DNA of 53,687 bases from Candidatus Margulisiibacteriota bacterium (GTDB lineage: Bacteria > Margulisbacteria > WOR-1 > XYC2-FULL-46-14): positions 1 to 53,687 of the forward strand of contig JBHPMS010000003.1 in NCBI GenBank assembly GCA_042563095.1, in the 5' to 3' direction. Every line of letters begins with the position of its first letter. The first letter of the stretch is position 1. Of the stretch, positions 33,901-44,102 are shown one piece after another. The position numbers were made by a program, and so were the translations under genes. The notes beneath the pieces are model-generated. The model did no database searches. It was not told where the DNA came from and worked only from the letters and a program-made list of their open reading frames with translations.

Positions 33901-36501
33901 ATGTACATAAAACTCGGTCGGATGATGAACAAACATTACAAATTGGTATTGGTGTTCTGTTTAATCTTTACCGGTATTTGTGTCTGGGGGATAACAAAAC
34001 TAAAAATCCAAACCCAGATGTTTGAACAGTTTCCGCAAAACCATCCTGAGATGCAAGCCTACAAATATGCGCTTGATAACTTTAAAGGAATGGATTCGAT
34101 CATTGTGGTGCTGGAAGGTAAGCGAGAAAAAATAATTCGCTTCATCAATGATCATGCCGCAGCGATTAAAAAAGTTCCTGGTGTCGATGATGTTATTTTT
34201 CAATCCGAAATAGGTTTTCTGGAAAAAAACAGCCTGCTTTTAGTCGGTGATCGGGATGATATGGATAAGATGAAAGGGATGCTGACTGCAAGCAGTTTAA
34301 AAGATTTTATTAAAGGATTGAATGATAATTTAGAAGCAGAATATACCGGATCGGGGGATTCTGAAAAAGTTAGTGACGATCAGCAAGAAGTCCTTTCGAT
34401 GTTGACAACAATAAATAATTTTGCGCAGCTATTTATGAAAAAATCGATTGATAGAGCAAAAATATTGGATCTTTCTGATGAATTTATCCGTGGGCAGCGT
34501 TATTTTATCTCTCATGATGGTAAAGTCGGAATCATGCTTGTGCGTACATCGGTTAACGTTGCAGATATGGAAAACAGCATCCCGATGGTCAACGGGATCG
34601 AAAAGATATTATTTGCGGAACAGGATAAATATGGTTTGAAAGGGACTTTAACCGGGATGATCGTATTACAGCGGGATGAGATGTACTACACCGAAAAAGA
34701 TATGCAGCTCACTTCGATCCTTTCGCTGGTATTAATTCTGATAATTTTCTATGCCGGATTTAAAGCACTCCGTTATTCAATTCTTGCAGGATTACCATTA
34801 ATAGTTGGAATTATCTGGGCATTAGGAATGACCTCTTTTCTGGTCGGTTCACTTTCGATTTTTACCGCGATGATGGTAGCGATCTTAATCGGGCTCGGTA
34901 TTGATTATGCAATTCATGTAATCTCTATTTTTACAGAAATACGCCTCAGTGGAGCAGCAGTTGAAGAATCTATTGCTGCCATATTCGAAAAGTCAGCGCC
35001 TGGGATTGTTACCGGTGCGGTTACTACGGCGCTCGGATTTTTTATTTTTATTCTTAGTAGTTTTGGTGCGTTTGCAGAATTTGGTTTGGTCCTTGGTCTT
35101 GGAATATCCCTTACATTATTAGCTTCATTATCCTTGTTGCCAGCGCTGCTAATTATTTTTCATGCTAAAAAACGGGTAGAGGTTAACAATCGTATCGGAG
35201 AAGCATTATCACATTTTGAAAAAGTTATCATGCACCGCCCGCTGGCCATAATGATTATTATGTTGTTAGTGGTGGTGCTTGCTGTAGCAGCTTTTCCTCG
35301 AGTACATTTTACTAATAACATGTTAGAGGTAGAACCGGTTGGCCTTCCCTCGGTTGAAATCAATAAATTATTGGAGGAAAAATTTAATTTTACTTCTGAT
35401 ACGGCTCTGGTTGTCAGCAAATCACTAGAAGATTCAGCTAAAGTTAAAGAGAAAACTGACGACCTCTCTTCGATCGGTTTTGTTGATTCCATCAACCAAT
35501 ATATTCCGGCAAAAAATGACCAGATTGAAAGGTTGAAAAAACTGCGCGAGATAAAACAAAAATTACAGGGCAGGGTATCTTTGCAATTATTTCCAGGACA
35601 ATTAAAGGCGGAACTGCTCCGCCTGGAAGATAATATTATCGAGCTATCGGACCTGGCTTATATGGGGGGAGAAAAAGAATTAGTCAGGAAGTGTGACAGC
35701 CTGGTTGAATCAAAGATCTTCAGCCAAGCAGCAGAGGCAGCAAGCAAAAATCAAAATATTATTAAAGAGACACAAAACATTTTTATCAGCAATCTGAATA
35801 GAAAAGTTGCAGCTCAAAATGATAAGAATCTTATAACCATTGCTGATCTGCCAGCTAATGTGGTTAATAATTACCGCAATCAAAAAGGAGAATTCCTCAC
35901 AATTATTTATCCAAAAGGGGATGTGTGGAACCGGGATTTTCAAGAAATATTTATTAAACAGTTTGAGAGTATGAATGAACCGCGTTCAACCGGGATGGCG
36001 CAGCTGACTTTAATGCTAATAACGATTGCCGGGACCGAGGGAAAACGGATTTTAATGTTAACGGTTGTGTTTATTTATCTGATTCTGCTTTTTGATTTTA
36101 GAAGCATTAAATATGCAACCTTTGCGATGCTGCCGATGTTTATGTCACTGGCACTGGTTCTGGGGATAATGGGTTGGTTTAATATCCCATTTAATTTTGT
36201 AAACATAATTGCTTTGCCGATGATAATAGGAATTGGGGTAGATGACGGAGTGCACCTGATTCATCGTTATCGGATCGAAAAAAAGCTAAGTCCGGCAATT
36301 AAAAGTACAGGTAGGGCAATTACCCTTTCTACCATAACAACTATGGCTGCTTTTGGAACGTTAATGCTGGCAAAGTATCGCGGCTTTGCATCTTTTGCCC
36401 TGCTCTTAACGATGGGAATCGGATTAGCCTATATTGTTACCATCCTTCTCTTACCGGCACTGATTACTGTCTTTGATAAACCAGGAGATAATAATGTTTA
36501 A
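33901..36501 (+). CDS. MMPL/RND-family transporter
   Basis: Two TM bundles with GLGIDYAIH and GIGVDDGVH motifs separated by large periplasmic loops. Confidence 0.9.
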   Translation: MYIKLGRMMNKHYKLVLVFCLIFTGICVWGITKLKIQTQMFEQFPQNHPEMQAYKYALDNFKGMDSIIVVLEGKREKIIRFINDHAAAIKKVPGVDDVIFQSEIGFLEKNSLLLVGDRDDMDKMKGMLTASSLKDFIKGLNDNLEAEYTGSGDSEKVSDDQQEVLSMLTTINNFAQLFMKKSIDRAKILDLSDEFIRGQRYFISHDGKVGIMLVRTSVNVADMENSIPMVNGIEKILFAEQDKYGLKGTLTGMIVLQRDEMYYTEKDMQLTSILSLVLILIIFYAGFKALRYSILAGLPLIVGIIWALGMTSFLVGSLSIFTAMMVAILIGLGIDYAIHVISIFTEIRLSGAAVEESIAAIFEKSAPGIVTGAVTTALGFFIFILSSFGAFAEFGLVLGLGISLTLLASLSLLPALLIIFHAKKRVEVNNRIGEALSHFEKVIMHRPLAIMIIMLLVVVLAVAAFPRVHFTNNMLEVEPVGLPSVEINKLLEEKFNFTSDTALVVSKSLEDSAKVKEKTDDLSSIGFVDSINQYIPAKNDQIERLKKLREIKQKLQGRVSLQLFPGQLKAELLRLEDNIIELSDLAYMGGEKELVRKCDSLVESKIFSQAAEAASKNQNIIKETQNIFISNLNRKVAAQNDKNLITIADLPANVVNNYRNQKGEFLTIIYPKGDVWNRDFQEIFIKQFESMNEPRSTGMAQLTLMLITIAGTEGKRILMLTVVFIYLILLFDFRSIKYATFAMLPMFMSLALVLGIMGWFNIPFNFVNIIALPMIIGIGVDDGVHLIHRYRIEKKLSPAIKSTGRAITLSTITTMAAFGTLMLAKYRGFASFALLLTMGIGLAYIVTILLLPALITVFDKPGDNNV

Positions 36502-37264
36502 AAAGTTTGGGGTTTGGATATTGGGATTTGTTGTTTGTTTGGGCGTTGGGATTTGGACGTTGGAAGTCGCGGCCGTTGCAGGAGAGAAAGTCGAAACGAT
36601 ATTGAGTAAGATGGAAAGTGCTGGTGACTATAAGACGAATAAAGGTTCAGCAATCATGGAGATAATCAATAAAGACGGAGACAAAACTAGTATGCAGCTG
36701 GAAATGTACGAGGTGATGGGGGAGGGGGATGAGGACAAAAAATCGCTAATGCGTTTCACTGCTCCCGCTCGCTTGAAAGGCACTGCTATCCTCTCGGTCG
36801 GTGATAATATCTGGTATTACAACAATCGCACTAACCGGGTTCGTTTGCTCTCTTCTTCTGCCAAGAAAGGATCGATGATGGGATCGAGCTTTTCTTATGA
36901 AGATCTGTCGATGAGCTACGCAAAAGATTTTGTGGGGCAGATATTAAAAGATGATAAAAAGTCTTATCTTCTTAAAATATTCCCAAAAGATAAAAGTAAA
37001 ACTTATAAATATATTATTATGAAAGTCAGAAAAGCTGATTATATTACAGAGTATGCACAATATTATAAAGGGAAAGATCTAAAATACAAAGTGTTAACAT
37101 CGTTAGAAATAAAAAAAGTGGGTGGGAGGGTAGCTCCGATGAAAGTGACGATGAGAGATATTGAATCAAATAAGATTACAAACTTTATTATAGACGAGAA
37201 AAGGATTGAATATGATATTAAATTAGATGACTCGATCTTTTCGGAGAGAAACCTGAGAAAATGA
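36494..37264 (+). CDS. Outer-membrane lipoprotein-sorting (LolA-like) protein
   Basis: Start moved to ATG 36494 behind AGGAG; LMRFTAPARLKGTAIL, GSMMGSSFSYEDL. Confidence 0.8.
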   Translation: MFKKFGVWILGFVVCLGVGIWTLEVAAVAGEKVETILSKMESAGDYKTNKGSAIMEIINKDGDKTSMQLEMYEVMGEGDEDKKSLMRFTAPARLKGTAILSVGDNIWYYNNRTNRVRLLSSSAKKGSMMGSSFSYEDLSMSYAKDFVGQILKDDKKSYLLKIFPKDKSKTYKYIIMKVRKADYITEYAQYYKGKDLKYKVLTSLEIKKVGGRVAPMKVTMRDIESNKITNFIIDEKRIEYDIKLDDSIFSERNLRK

Positions 37265-38307
37265 AGATGTATCAAATCCGTTCATTCGTTGCTTATTCGT
37301 TGATAGCCTGTTTCTGGTGTCTTCCCGCAGGTGCTTTTGAAAGTGTAACCACCCTGGTTGGTAATTCTGCGCTTGCGGAAAAGGTTTCAGCTGGAGCGTA
37401 TGTCAGTGGGGATATTTGGCTTAAACACGGTTTGGCCGATCTGGATCTCTATTTCGAAAAAGACAAAGCTTGGCTAAATGTTGCTCAGCTAAAACTACAA
37501 ATTCTTGAAACAGATGTAACCATTGGCCGGCAGCAAGTAGGATGGGGAGTTGGTTTTCTTTTGAACCCGATCGATATGCTTAATCCGGTCCCGCTCGGAT
37601 CATCACTTGATCCAGCATATGTTCGGGATGGCAGGGATATTATTAAACTTGAGCGCTATTTTGGGAATTACACAAAATTAGAACTGCTCTATGCTGGTAA
37701 ATTTGAGAAGAGTTCGCAGAATTTTGATCATGACCTTGGAGTTAAATTGAAAGGAAGGCTTTTTGGATACGATACAGCGGTTTCTTATGTTGATAAAGGG
37801 GCCAGAAGTTTTTCTCTTATTCCTGAATTGGCGGATCAAGTATATGGATTAGAACTTTCAGGAACCCTTCCGTGGGAGTGGGGAGGATGGATAGAAGCAG
37901 CCCAATATGTAAAGCAGCAAAAAACAGATTATGTGCTTGGTACTGATTATTATTATGCTGATTACCATCTGGTTTTAGAATATTACAGGAATGGATTTGG
38001 CAGTGCTAACTCGAGTCTTTATGATTTAACTTTGCTTTTCCGCGGAAGGATGTTAGCTCAAGATTATTTAATGCCAACTTTAGTCTGGTCAGTAAACGAA
38101 AAACTTTCACTGACCAGCTTTAATCTCTATAATATGAACGATGCGTCGATGGCATTGGGCGGATTGATCGATTACTATCATAGTGATAATTTAGAATTTA
38201 TTATCATGCCGATTATTCTAAAAGGTGCCAATTCCACAGAATATGGCATGCAAAAACTATCTTATGGCCGCTACGCTCTTTCTGCTAAAGTTAAGTGGGT
38301 TTTCTAG
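37261..38307 (+). CDS. Putative outer-membrane beta-barrel protein
   Basis: IGRQQVGWGVG...NPIDMLNP; ends KWVF; third gene of the MMPL module. Confidence 0.65.
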   Translation: MKMYQIRSFVAYSLIACFWCLPAGAFESVTTLVGNSALAEKVSAGAYVSGDIWLKHGLADLDLYFEKDKAWLNVAQLKLQILETDVTIGRQQVGWGVGFLLNPIDMLNPVPLGSSLDPAYVRDGRDIIKLERYFGNYTKLELLYAGKFEKSSQNFDHDLGVKLKGRLFGYDTAVSYVDKGARSFSLIPELADQVYGLELSGTLPWEWGGWIEAAQYVKQQKTDYVLGTDYYYADYHLVLEYYRNGFGSANSSLYDLTLLFRGRMLAQDYLMPTLVWSVNEKLSLTSFNLYNMNDASMALGGLIDYYHSDNLEFIIMPIILKGANSTEYGMQKLSYGRYALSAKVKWVF

Positions 38308-38357
38308 TAAATGCGTTATTGCAGGCATTATAATTTAGTGTATAATAAGCATAATTT

Positions 38358-40748
38358 ATGAATTACAAAAAGATTCTGTGGATATTTTTGCTGTTTTTTA
38401 TCGTTGCAGTTTTAATAAGCTGTGGCAGGGTAGTTGATCAATCATCTTCTTCATCCGGTTCGATACCATCTCCATCAACCGAAACTTATGTCGAGGATGG
38501 ACAGACTGGTGGAACCTTTTCTTCTTCTGATGGGAATTTTTCAGTTGTCATCCCATCCGGATCAATGCCAGCAGCGTTAAGAGCCAATCCAACGGTTAGC
38601 CAGACTTCAATTGATTCAAGTTATGTATTGTTATCAACCGAAACGGCAGTATCAAATTCTTACGATCTGAATTTAAGCTCAACAGAAAATTTTATAACTA
38701 CTCAAGCTGTACAGGTTACGCTTGCTTTTACTTCATCTTCTGTCCCAGTCGCATACCTGAGTGACGAGTATGTCTATGCCAAAGTTTATGACCCAAATAC
38801 CGAAGCACTTTTTCCGGTAATGGGGACAATTAGTGGTTCCAATCTGGTATTGGATTTAAAAGGACTTCCAAAGAGAGCAGTCTTTACAGTTGTTTATGAT
38901 AGTACTTTACGCAGTGTTTATTCAACTAATTCGGGCTTAAGTATACAGGCGACTCAAACAGGTACATGGGAAACTAATTACTGGAAAGGTTATTATTATT
39001 ATTTGGATGATAACATTCGCAGCACGGTTGCTTCAATTCTGGGAGTAGATAAAGCCAGTTTAACCCAGGCGCAGATTGCAGATGTCATAAAAGCTAGAAT
39101 TGGAGATAATGCGGCAGCTGCCGGAACCATTTACCAGAATGCAGGATTTAGACAACCGAATTTAAAAGTTTGGCCTGCGGCGACCGGTGAAAAATTTTAT
39201 AAGATTATTGTCCATCATCTTGGGAGTAAATACTTCAGTGGAAATCCATTAAACGATAGTGATTTGAGGGAATTTTCTTTTGGCCAGATGTATATCAATC
39301 CGTTCAGACTAGACGACGCAGTCGGGAGTAGTCTGGGATCGGTTAAGGCATCAGTTGCCCACGAAATGTTTCATGCCATTCAGCAGGGATATGATTTTTC
39401 TTGCGCCGATAAGATGAAAGCAGTCATGGAAGGGGGAGCAACCAGTTATGGTGTGACAATTGACCAGGGTGCAACAGAGCCTCAGGTGAGATCTGCATTA
39501 AATTCAGAGATGAAGAGACTTACCACTTATTTACTTTGTGCGGGGATCGATTCTGTGGCATATGATTATGCACATCAAGATTTTTTTGCTTACGTCGGGC
39601 GGGCTTATGGATCAGATAGCCTGACCTATCTAAAAGATATGTATGAACAGCTAAAAAGCGATATTGATGCGGCGGTTTCAAGCGGGACAACATCAGCCCG
39701 GACTTATCCGTCAAGAGTGCTGCAGTTAGAATCGATTAATCAGGCCTTTACTTCACAGTTTGGTTCTGATTTGCCGACTATCTATTTTGATTTTGTAAAG
39801 CAACGTGCGATGGAGCATAATGCTGACAGTCAATTAAGAAGCGGTGAACCGTCAACAATGACTTTAAATACCGATCTGTTCTATACTGGCGGGTATAAAA
39901 CGCATACGGTTGATCCGGATACTCTTGACGATAATCCACTCGAAGATAGTTTTTCAATAGTTGATCCTCTTTCTAGCCGGGCAATCAAAATTTCGGCCAG
40001 TAAAATTGTGGATGATGTGGATGCTTATTTGACAATAACTCCAAGCTGGGGTGTTTTGGGGACCACGCTAAAAGCGATACTTTATCGAAATGGAGTCGGA
40101 ACAGAACTGACTTCTTCTGCACTTATATCTGATTTTGGCGCTTCTGCTGATGATGAACTGATTATCTTGCTTTCAAATGTTAATTACGAAAATATCATGA
40201 ATACGATTTCATATCGCCTTGGGCCAACACCAGGTGTGACCGGAGTCGATACTTTTGAGGCAACCGTGACAATTGAGGGAACCGGATATACTTTTTCTCC
40301 TCAAAGTATAAAGGGAACCTTTGGGACTTATTCTGGCAACGTTGAGCGTTCGGGCCTGCCCGCTGCTTATGCTTCGGAGGGAGCTACCTATACAGATACC
40401 AGTAGTGAACTAATAACTATCTTAACTAATCCGAGTGCAATTTCTTCATCCGGGGGATCTTATACTTTAAACGAGGTAGACCAGGTTTTTGATAACAGCA
40501 ATGGGGATGCAAATCTTAACTATACTACTCCTTCAATAACTAATGTTGATGATGGAAGCCAGGTAGTTTTTGAATCAACCGGCGGAACCATCACTTTTAC
40601 CAGTTACAGCACTTCTTCTGGAGATCGGATGACCGGAACATTTTCGGCACAAGTTAGTGGTGATCGAACAACTGATCAAGCTGGTACAACGACAGTTACT
40701 TTAACTGGAACTATAACCGGAACCTTTGATGTTGCGCTTAAAGATTAA
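38358..40748 (+). CDS. Lipoprotein with putative zinc metallopeptidase domain
   Basis: Lipobox AVLISC; HEXXH motif AHEMFHAIQ; S/T-rich beta domains. Confidence 0.7.
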   Translation: MNYKKILWIFLLFFIVAVLISCGRVVDQSSSSSGSIPSPSTETYVEDGQTGGTFSSSDGNFSVVIPSGSMPAALRANPTVSQTSIDSSYVLLSTETAVSNSYDLNLSSTENFITTQAVQVTLAFTSSSVPVAYLSDEYVYAKVYDPNTEALFPVMGTISGSNLVLDLKGLPKRAVFTVVYDSTLRSVYSTNSGLSIQATQTGTWETNYWKGYYYYLDDNIRSTVASILGVDKASLTQAQIADVIKARIGDNAAAAGTIYQNAGFRQPNLKVWPAATGEKFYKIIVHHLGSKYFSGNPLNDSDLREFSFGQMYINPFRLDDAVGSSLGSVKASVAHEMFHAIQQGYDFSCADKMKAVMEGGATSYGVTIDQGATEPQVRSALNSEMKRLTTYLLCAGIDSVAYDYAHQDFFAYVGRAYGSDSLTYLKDMYEQLKSDIDAAVSSGTTSARTYPSRVLQLESINQAFTSQFGSDLPTIYFDFVKQRAMEHNADSQLRSGEPSTMTLNTDLFYTGGYKTHTVDPDTLDDNPLEDSFSIVDPLSSRAIKISASKIVDDVDAYLTITPSWGVLGTTLKAILYRNGVGTELTSSALISDFGASADDELIILLSNVNYENIMNTISYRLGPTPGVTGVDTFEATVTIEGTGYTFSPQSIKGTFGTYSGNVERSGLPAAYASEGATYTDTSSELITILTNPSAISSSGGSYTLNEVDQVFDNSNGDANLNYTTPSITNVDDGSQVVFESTGGTITFTSYSTSSGDRMTGTFSAQVSGDRTTDQAGTTTVTLTGTITGTFDVALKD

Positions 40749-41365
40749 AACTGATACCCGCCAGTTAACGTAATTGTCGGAACAAAAGTTGCGGACCGGC
40801 CATAGTTACTAAATAAAAATAAGAGTGGTGTTTCAAGTCTCAGATCAAAACCTCCGTCAAAAAGAAAACCTAATCCAAAGTTAATTACCGAGCCGAAAGC
40901 AAATCCAGCTACATCGTAATAACTTCCGCCGCTGCCATCTAGTGTTCCCAGACTGGTATCATTTGTACTTGACCGTTTAAAGGTAACATTTGAACCGGCC
41001 AGACCAACACCGGCTAAAAAGAAAGGATTATTGGGAACATAGTTAGCAATGTAGTTAACCAGCAATCCAAAAACCAGCATCTGTGTTTTATCAGTATAGT
41101 TGTAGCTGTTTTCTGTGTAATCTATAGAATTATTTGTACCATATAAACTTAATCCAATCTCGCCAACGGTTCCTTTATCAACTGGAATATGATAAGTCCC
41201 GGCTAATCCATACGCAATTCCACCACTTATATCCATCCCGACTCCAAGCCGTGCACCATAATTTGATTTCGCTTTCTTATAGGATGCAGATTTCCTTTTT
41301 CTGGCAGAAGCGGTTGTAGTAAAACAGATAGCTAAGATTAAAAATGCAACTAAAACTTTTTTCAT
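40745..41365 (-). CDS. Small outer-membrane beta-barrel protein
   Basis: Signal peptide, amphipathic strands, C-terminal GYQF. Confidence 0.7.
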   Translation of the reverse strand: MKKVLVAFLILAICFTTTASARKRKSASYKKAKSNYGARLGVGMDISGGIAYGLAGTYHIPVDKGTVGEIGLSLYGTNNSIDYTENSYNYTDKTQMLVFGLLVNYIANYVPNNPFFLAGVGLAGSNVTFKRSSTNDTSLGTLDGSGGSYYDVAGFAFGSVINFGLGFLFDGGFDLRLETPLLFLFSNYGRSATFVPTITLTGGYQF

Positions 41366-41421
41366 AATTCCCTCCGATTTATATTTGATACATAATAGTA
41401 TAGCATATAGGTCAAGTCATT

Positions 41422-41508
41422 CGGAGGAGGGAGGATTCGAACCCCCGATGCTGTTTCCAGCATAGTCGCTTTCGAGGCGACCGCTTTCAACCACTCAGCC
41501 ACTCCTCC
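41422..41508 (-). tRNA. tRNA-Ser, anticodon CGA
   Basis: GGAGGAG/CTCCTCC plus discriminator G; GTCGC-CTCGAAA-GCGAC anticodon arm; long variable arm. Confidence 0.95.
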
Positions 41509-41522
41509 GGGTATCGAATAGG

Positions 41523-41542
41523 GTAGGTCTGTAAGCCGGGTT
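41523..41542 (-). ncRNA. rnpB: Isolated 3'-terminal fragment of RNase P RNA (probable att site)
   Basis: Minus strand reads AACCCGGCTTACAGACCTAC, matching the conserved rnpB 3' motif (AG/A)AACCCGGCTTA plus a P1 3' strand. The match stops abruptly and no upstream rnpB body follows. Confidence 0.55.
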
Positions 41543-41785
41543 AACTTTTAATAGAAAAACCTTAAATATTTCCTGTCAATTCGCCGGATTCTTTAGCTTT
41601 TCCCAACCCTTTAAAATTTTTACTCACCTAAACCTGCAATTTTATAACTATCGGAAAAAGCATTAAAAAATCCTTTTACTACAAGGATTATTACCATTTT
41701 ACAGGAAAGGCGTGATGCTGTAAAGAGATATAACCCCTGAAAACGCCCTGCAAAAAAAGAAACGCTATGATATTATATTTATGTT

Positions 41786-42445
41786 ATGAAAAAAAGCAAT
41801 CCAGGGAAAAACAAACAAACAATAAGTATTTTAGAGGAAAGCCCAAAATTTAAATCATTCTGCGAGGAAATAAGAAAAAAATGGGAAAAACATAAAGCGG
41901 CTATTTTTACTGGAACAGGGGATCTTGAATGGTATGATTCGATTTCATTGGGAAGGAATATTCCAATTGCTTTAATAAAAGATTTGTCTGAGATAAGGAA
42001 AGTCTTTGGCCTTGGACCTGAATGGGAACGCACTTTAATCCAATATATTTTTTATGGCGAACAATTACAGCCGCCATTACACCGATTTGACATTCATGGT
42101 GATTGGGTAAGAGGTGAAATTGTTTTAAGAATAGGACTTCAAACAACTAAAGAGGACATTAAGAACAATTTTTCGATAATAGAAGATTTTAAGCAACTGC
42201 TATTTAATAAAAGACGTGCTCTTATTAGAATGGCAAAAAACTTTGAGCGTGCCAAGAAAACATCTAAGTTGAAGAAGAAGGGTAAAACACACAAAACAAT
42301 ATTAAAGATAATTAAAGAGGATAATTTGAGCAGTGAAGAGCTTGGAACGGCACGAAGAAGGTATGAAAAAAAGATAACCGAAGGAAGTCCTACTCCAATT
42401 TTTCCCCCGCATCCTTCCATAATTACCGGACACGAGAATAGCTAA
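41786..42445 (+). CDS. Hypothetical protein (first ORF of the element)
   Basis: 219-aa basic ORF; no family recognised. Confidence 0.55.
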   Translation: MKKSNPGKNKQTISILEESPKFKSFCEEIRKKWEKHKAAIFTGTGDLEWYDSISLGRNIPIALIKDLSEIRKVFGLGPEWERTLIQYIFYGEQLQPPLHRFDIHGDWVRGEIVLRIGLQTTKEDIKNNFSIIEDFKQLLFNKRRALIRMAKNFERAKKTSKLKKKGKTHKTILKIIKEDNLSSEELGTARRRYEKKITEGSPTPIFPPHPSIITGHENS

Positions 42446-42486
42446 TTTCATGACCTGTCAATAATAAATCAATCCTTTAAAATCAT

Positions 42487-42521
42487 TACTGTGAGCCAAA
42501 AAAGGCCACAGTATTTTTTTT
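42487..42521 (+). terminator. Hairpin plus T-run just before the integrase
   Basis: TACTGTG(A)GCC-AAAAAA-GGCCACAGTA followed by a T tract. Confidence 0.6.
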
Positions 42522-42534
42522 AGGGGGAGAGTTA

Positions 42535-43422
42535 ATGTTATTCCAAGAAGCAGTAGAAAAATTCCTAGCCAATATTGAACTCGTCAGAAATTATTCGTGT
42601 GCGACTGTAAGATCTTATCGGAGTGATCTCTATTTATTTATCAGGTACTTATCTACCTTGGGAATATCTTTGCTTGAAGATGTCAATCGAGAAGTGGTTA
42701 TGCGTTTCCTTGCTGATCAGCAGGTTTTAAGCCCAAAGAAACCAGCAACAATTCGCAGAAGAGGGCATGCGATAGGGTCATTATTTAAATTCTGTTTATC
42801 TTGTGGACACGTTGCTCTAAATATTATGAATGGCATCGAGCTTCCGAAAAAGATTAGGAATATCCCTCGGATATTAACTGAAGTTGAGATTGAAAAATAC
42901 CTATTTACACCAATCATATACCGTAAATTCAAGTGGCTGATAAAACGGGACGAAGCTGTTTTGAAAACACTGTTGCTTCTTGGGATACGCTTGGCCGAAT
43001 TGTTGGGGATAAAGGTCACCGATATCGACTTTGTGAATCAGACAATAATTATAACAGGCAAGGGCGGCAAAGTGAGGATACTTCCATTGCCTTTAGTTCT
43101 ACTTAGATTGTGGAAGGAGTATCTTGATATGCGGCCAAGAGTGAAAACTGATAAATTATTTTTAGCGGCTAATGGTAGGAGAGCTTTAGGTCGAAACGGC
43201 CTCTACTCCCTGTTTTATAAGCACCTGAGGCGGTGTGGAATTGATCGGAAAGGCATTACGCCTCATAAGATGAGGCATACATGTGCCGTTCGGGTTTATC
43301 GAAAGAGCCACAATTTGTTGGCGGTTCAGCGATTGTTGGGTCATGCCAGCCTCTCGTCTAGTGAAATTTATCTTCAAATTAGTGACCCAGACTTACGTGC
43401 AGCTGTTGAAGGAGCTTTTTAG
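42535..43422 (+). CDS. Tyrosine recombinase/integrase (XerC/D-like)
   Basis: SAM-like N-terminus; GIRLAEL (R), GKGGKVR (K), HKMRH (HxxR), LLGHAS...EIY (H, Y). Confidence 0.93.
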   Translation: MLFQEAVEKFLANIELVRNYSCATVRSYRSDLYLFIRYLSTLGISLLEDVNREVVMRFLADQQVLSPKKPATIRRRGHAIGSLFKFCLSCGHVALNIMNGIELPKKIRNIPRILTEVEIEKYLFTPIIYRKFKWLIKRDEAVLKTLLLLGIRLAELLGIKVTDIDFVNQTIIITGKGGKVRILPLPLVLLRLWKEYLDMRPRVKTDKLFLAANGRRALGRNGLYSLFYKHLRRCGIDRKGITPHKMRHTCAVRVYRKSHNLLAVQRLLGHASLSSSEIYLQISDPDLRAAVEGAF

Positions 43423-43517
43423 CAATCAAAGGGGGTGTGCCATTAAGTAAAGGCAAAAAAGTATTAAAGGATGTTTAAGCGAGCAAGTGTTTCTTATTTT
43501 TAAAGGAGGGAACTTTT

Positions 43518-44102
43518 ATGACAGTTAGGAAGGGACTAAATTCATTTTCGGAGTCAGGGAAAGAAAGTAGTTGGATAAAATTGAGCTTGGGGGAAAAGAA
43601 AGATCTGCGTTTTGGCGAAAAGGCTGACGACATGCATATTCGCCCAAAACATTTCATTAAATTGAAAACATTCGCTGGCTCAATAAATTGCATGGCGGGT
43701 GTCGTGGATGGTAAAACGAGGGAGTGCTTATTATGCAAAAATGCATCTTCGGGTTGGGATGATCCTATTTCTAAGGCTGTGGATTATTTTGTAACCATTG
43801 TTTTGGATCGCAGCGATGGTCGGGCAAAATTCTACGAAGGGGGGTATTATGTGAGGAATAAATTAATGGAATTTTATAAAGTTAACGGAGACATCCGATT
43901 AATTGATTTTCAGCTATTCAGGCAAAAACAAAAAGGAGCTGGGACATGGAGCATGACTCCCCTTATTAATACTACCCGCCCGCTCAATGATGAAGAAAAA
44001 GATGAAATTGCAAAGCTAGATATTAAACAAGCTTTAAAAATGGGCTTTAAATCGATAGCAGAAATTGAGGAAATAATTAATAGTCTAAAATGTCAGCATT
44101 GA
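43518..44102 (+). CDS. Putative phage-type (gp32-like) ssDNA-binding protein
   Basis: WIKLSLGEKKDLRF...H...CLLC...VLDRSDGRAKFYEGG...DFQLFR...WSMTP pattern; resemblance only. Confidence 0.4.
   Translation: MTVRKGLNSFSESGKESSWIKLSLGEKKDLRFGEKADDMHIRPKHFIKLKTFAGSINCMAGVVDGKTRECLLCKNASSGWDDPISKAVDYFVTIVLDRSDGRAKFYEGGYYVRNKLMEFYKVNGDIRLIDFQLFRQKQKGAGTWSMTPLINTTRPLNDEEKDEIAKLDIKQALKMGFKSIAEIEEIINSLKCQH

Noticed and set aside
41422-41508. tRNA-Ser as the element's attachment site
   Set aside because: Its 3' end points away from the element, and I saw no duplicated tRNA fragment in the rest of the window.
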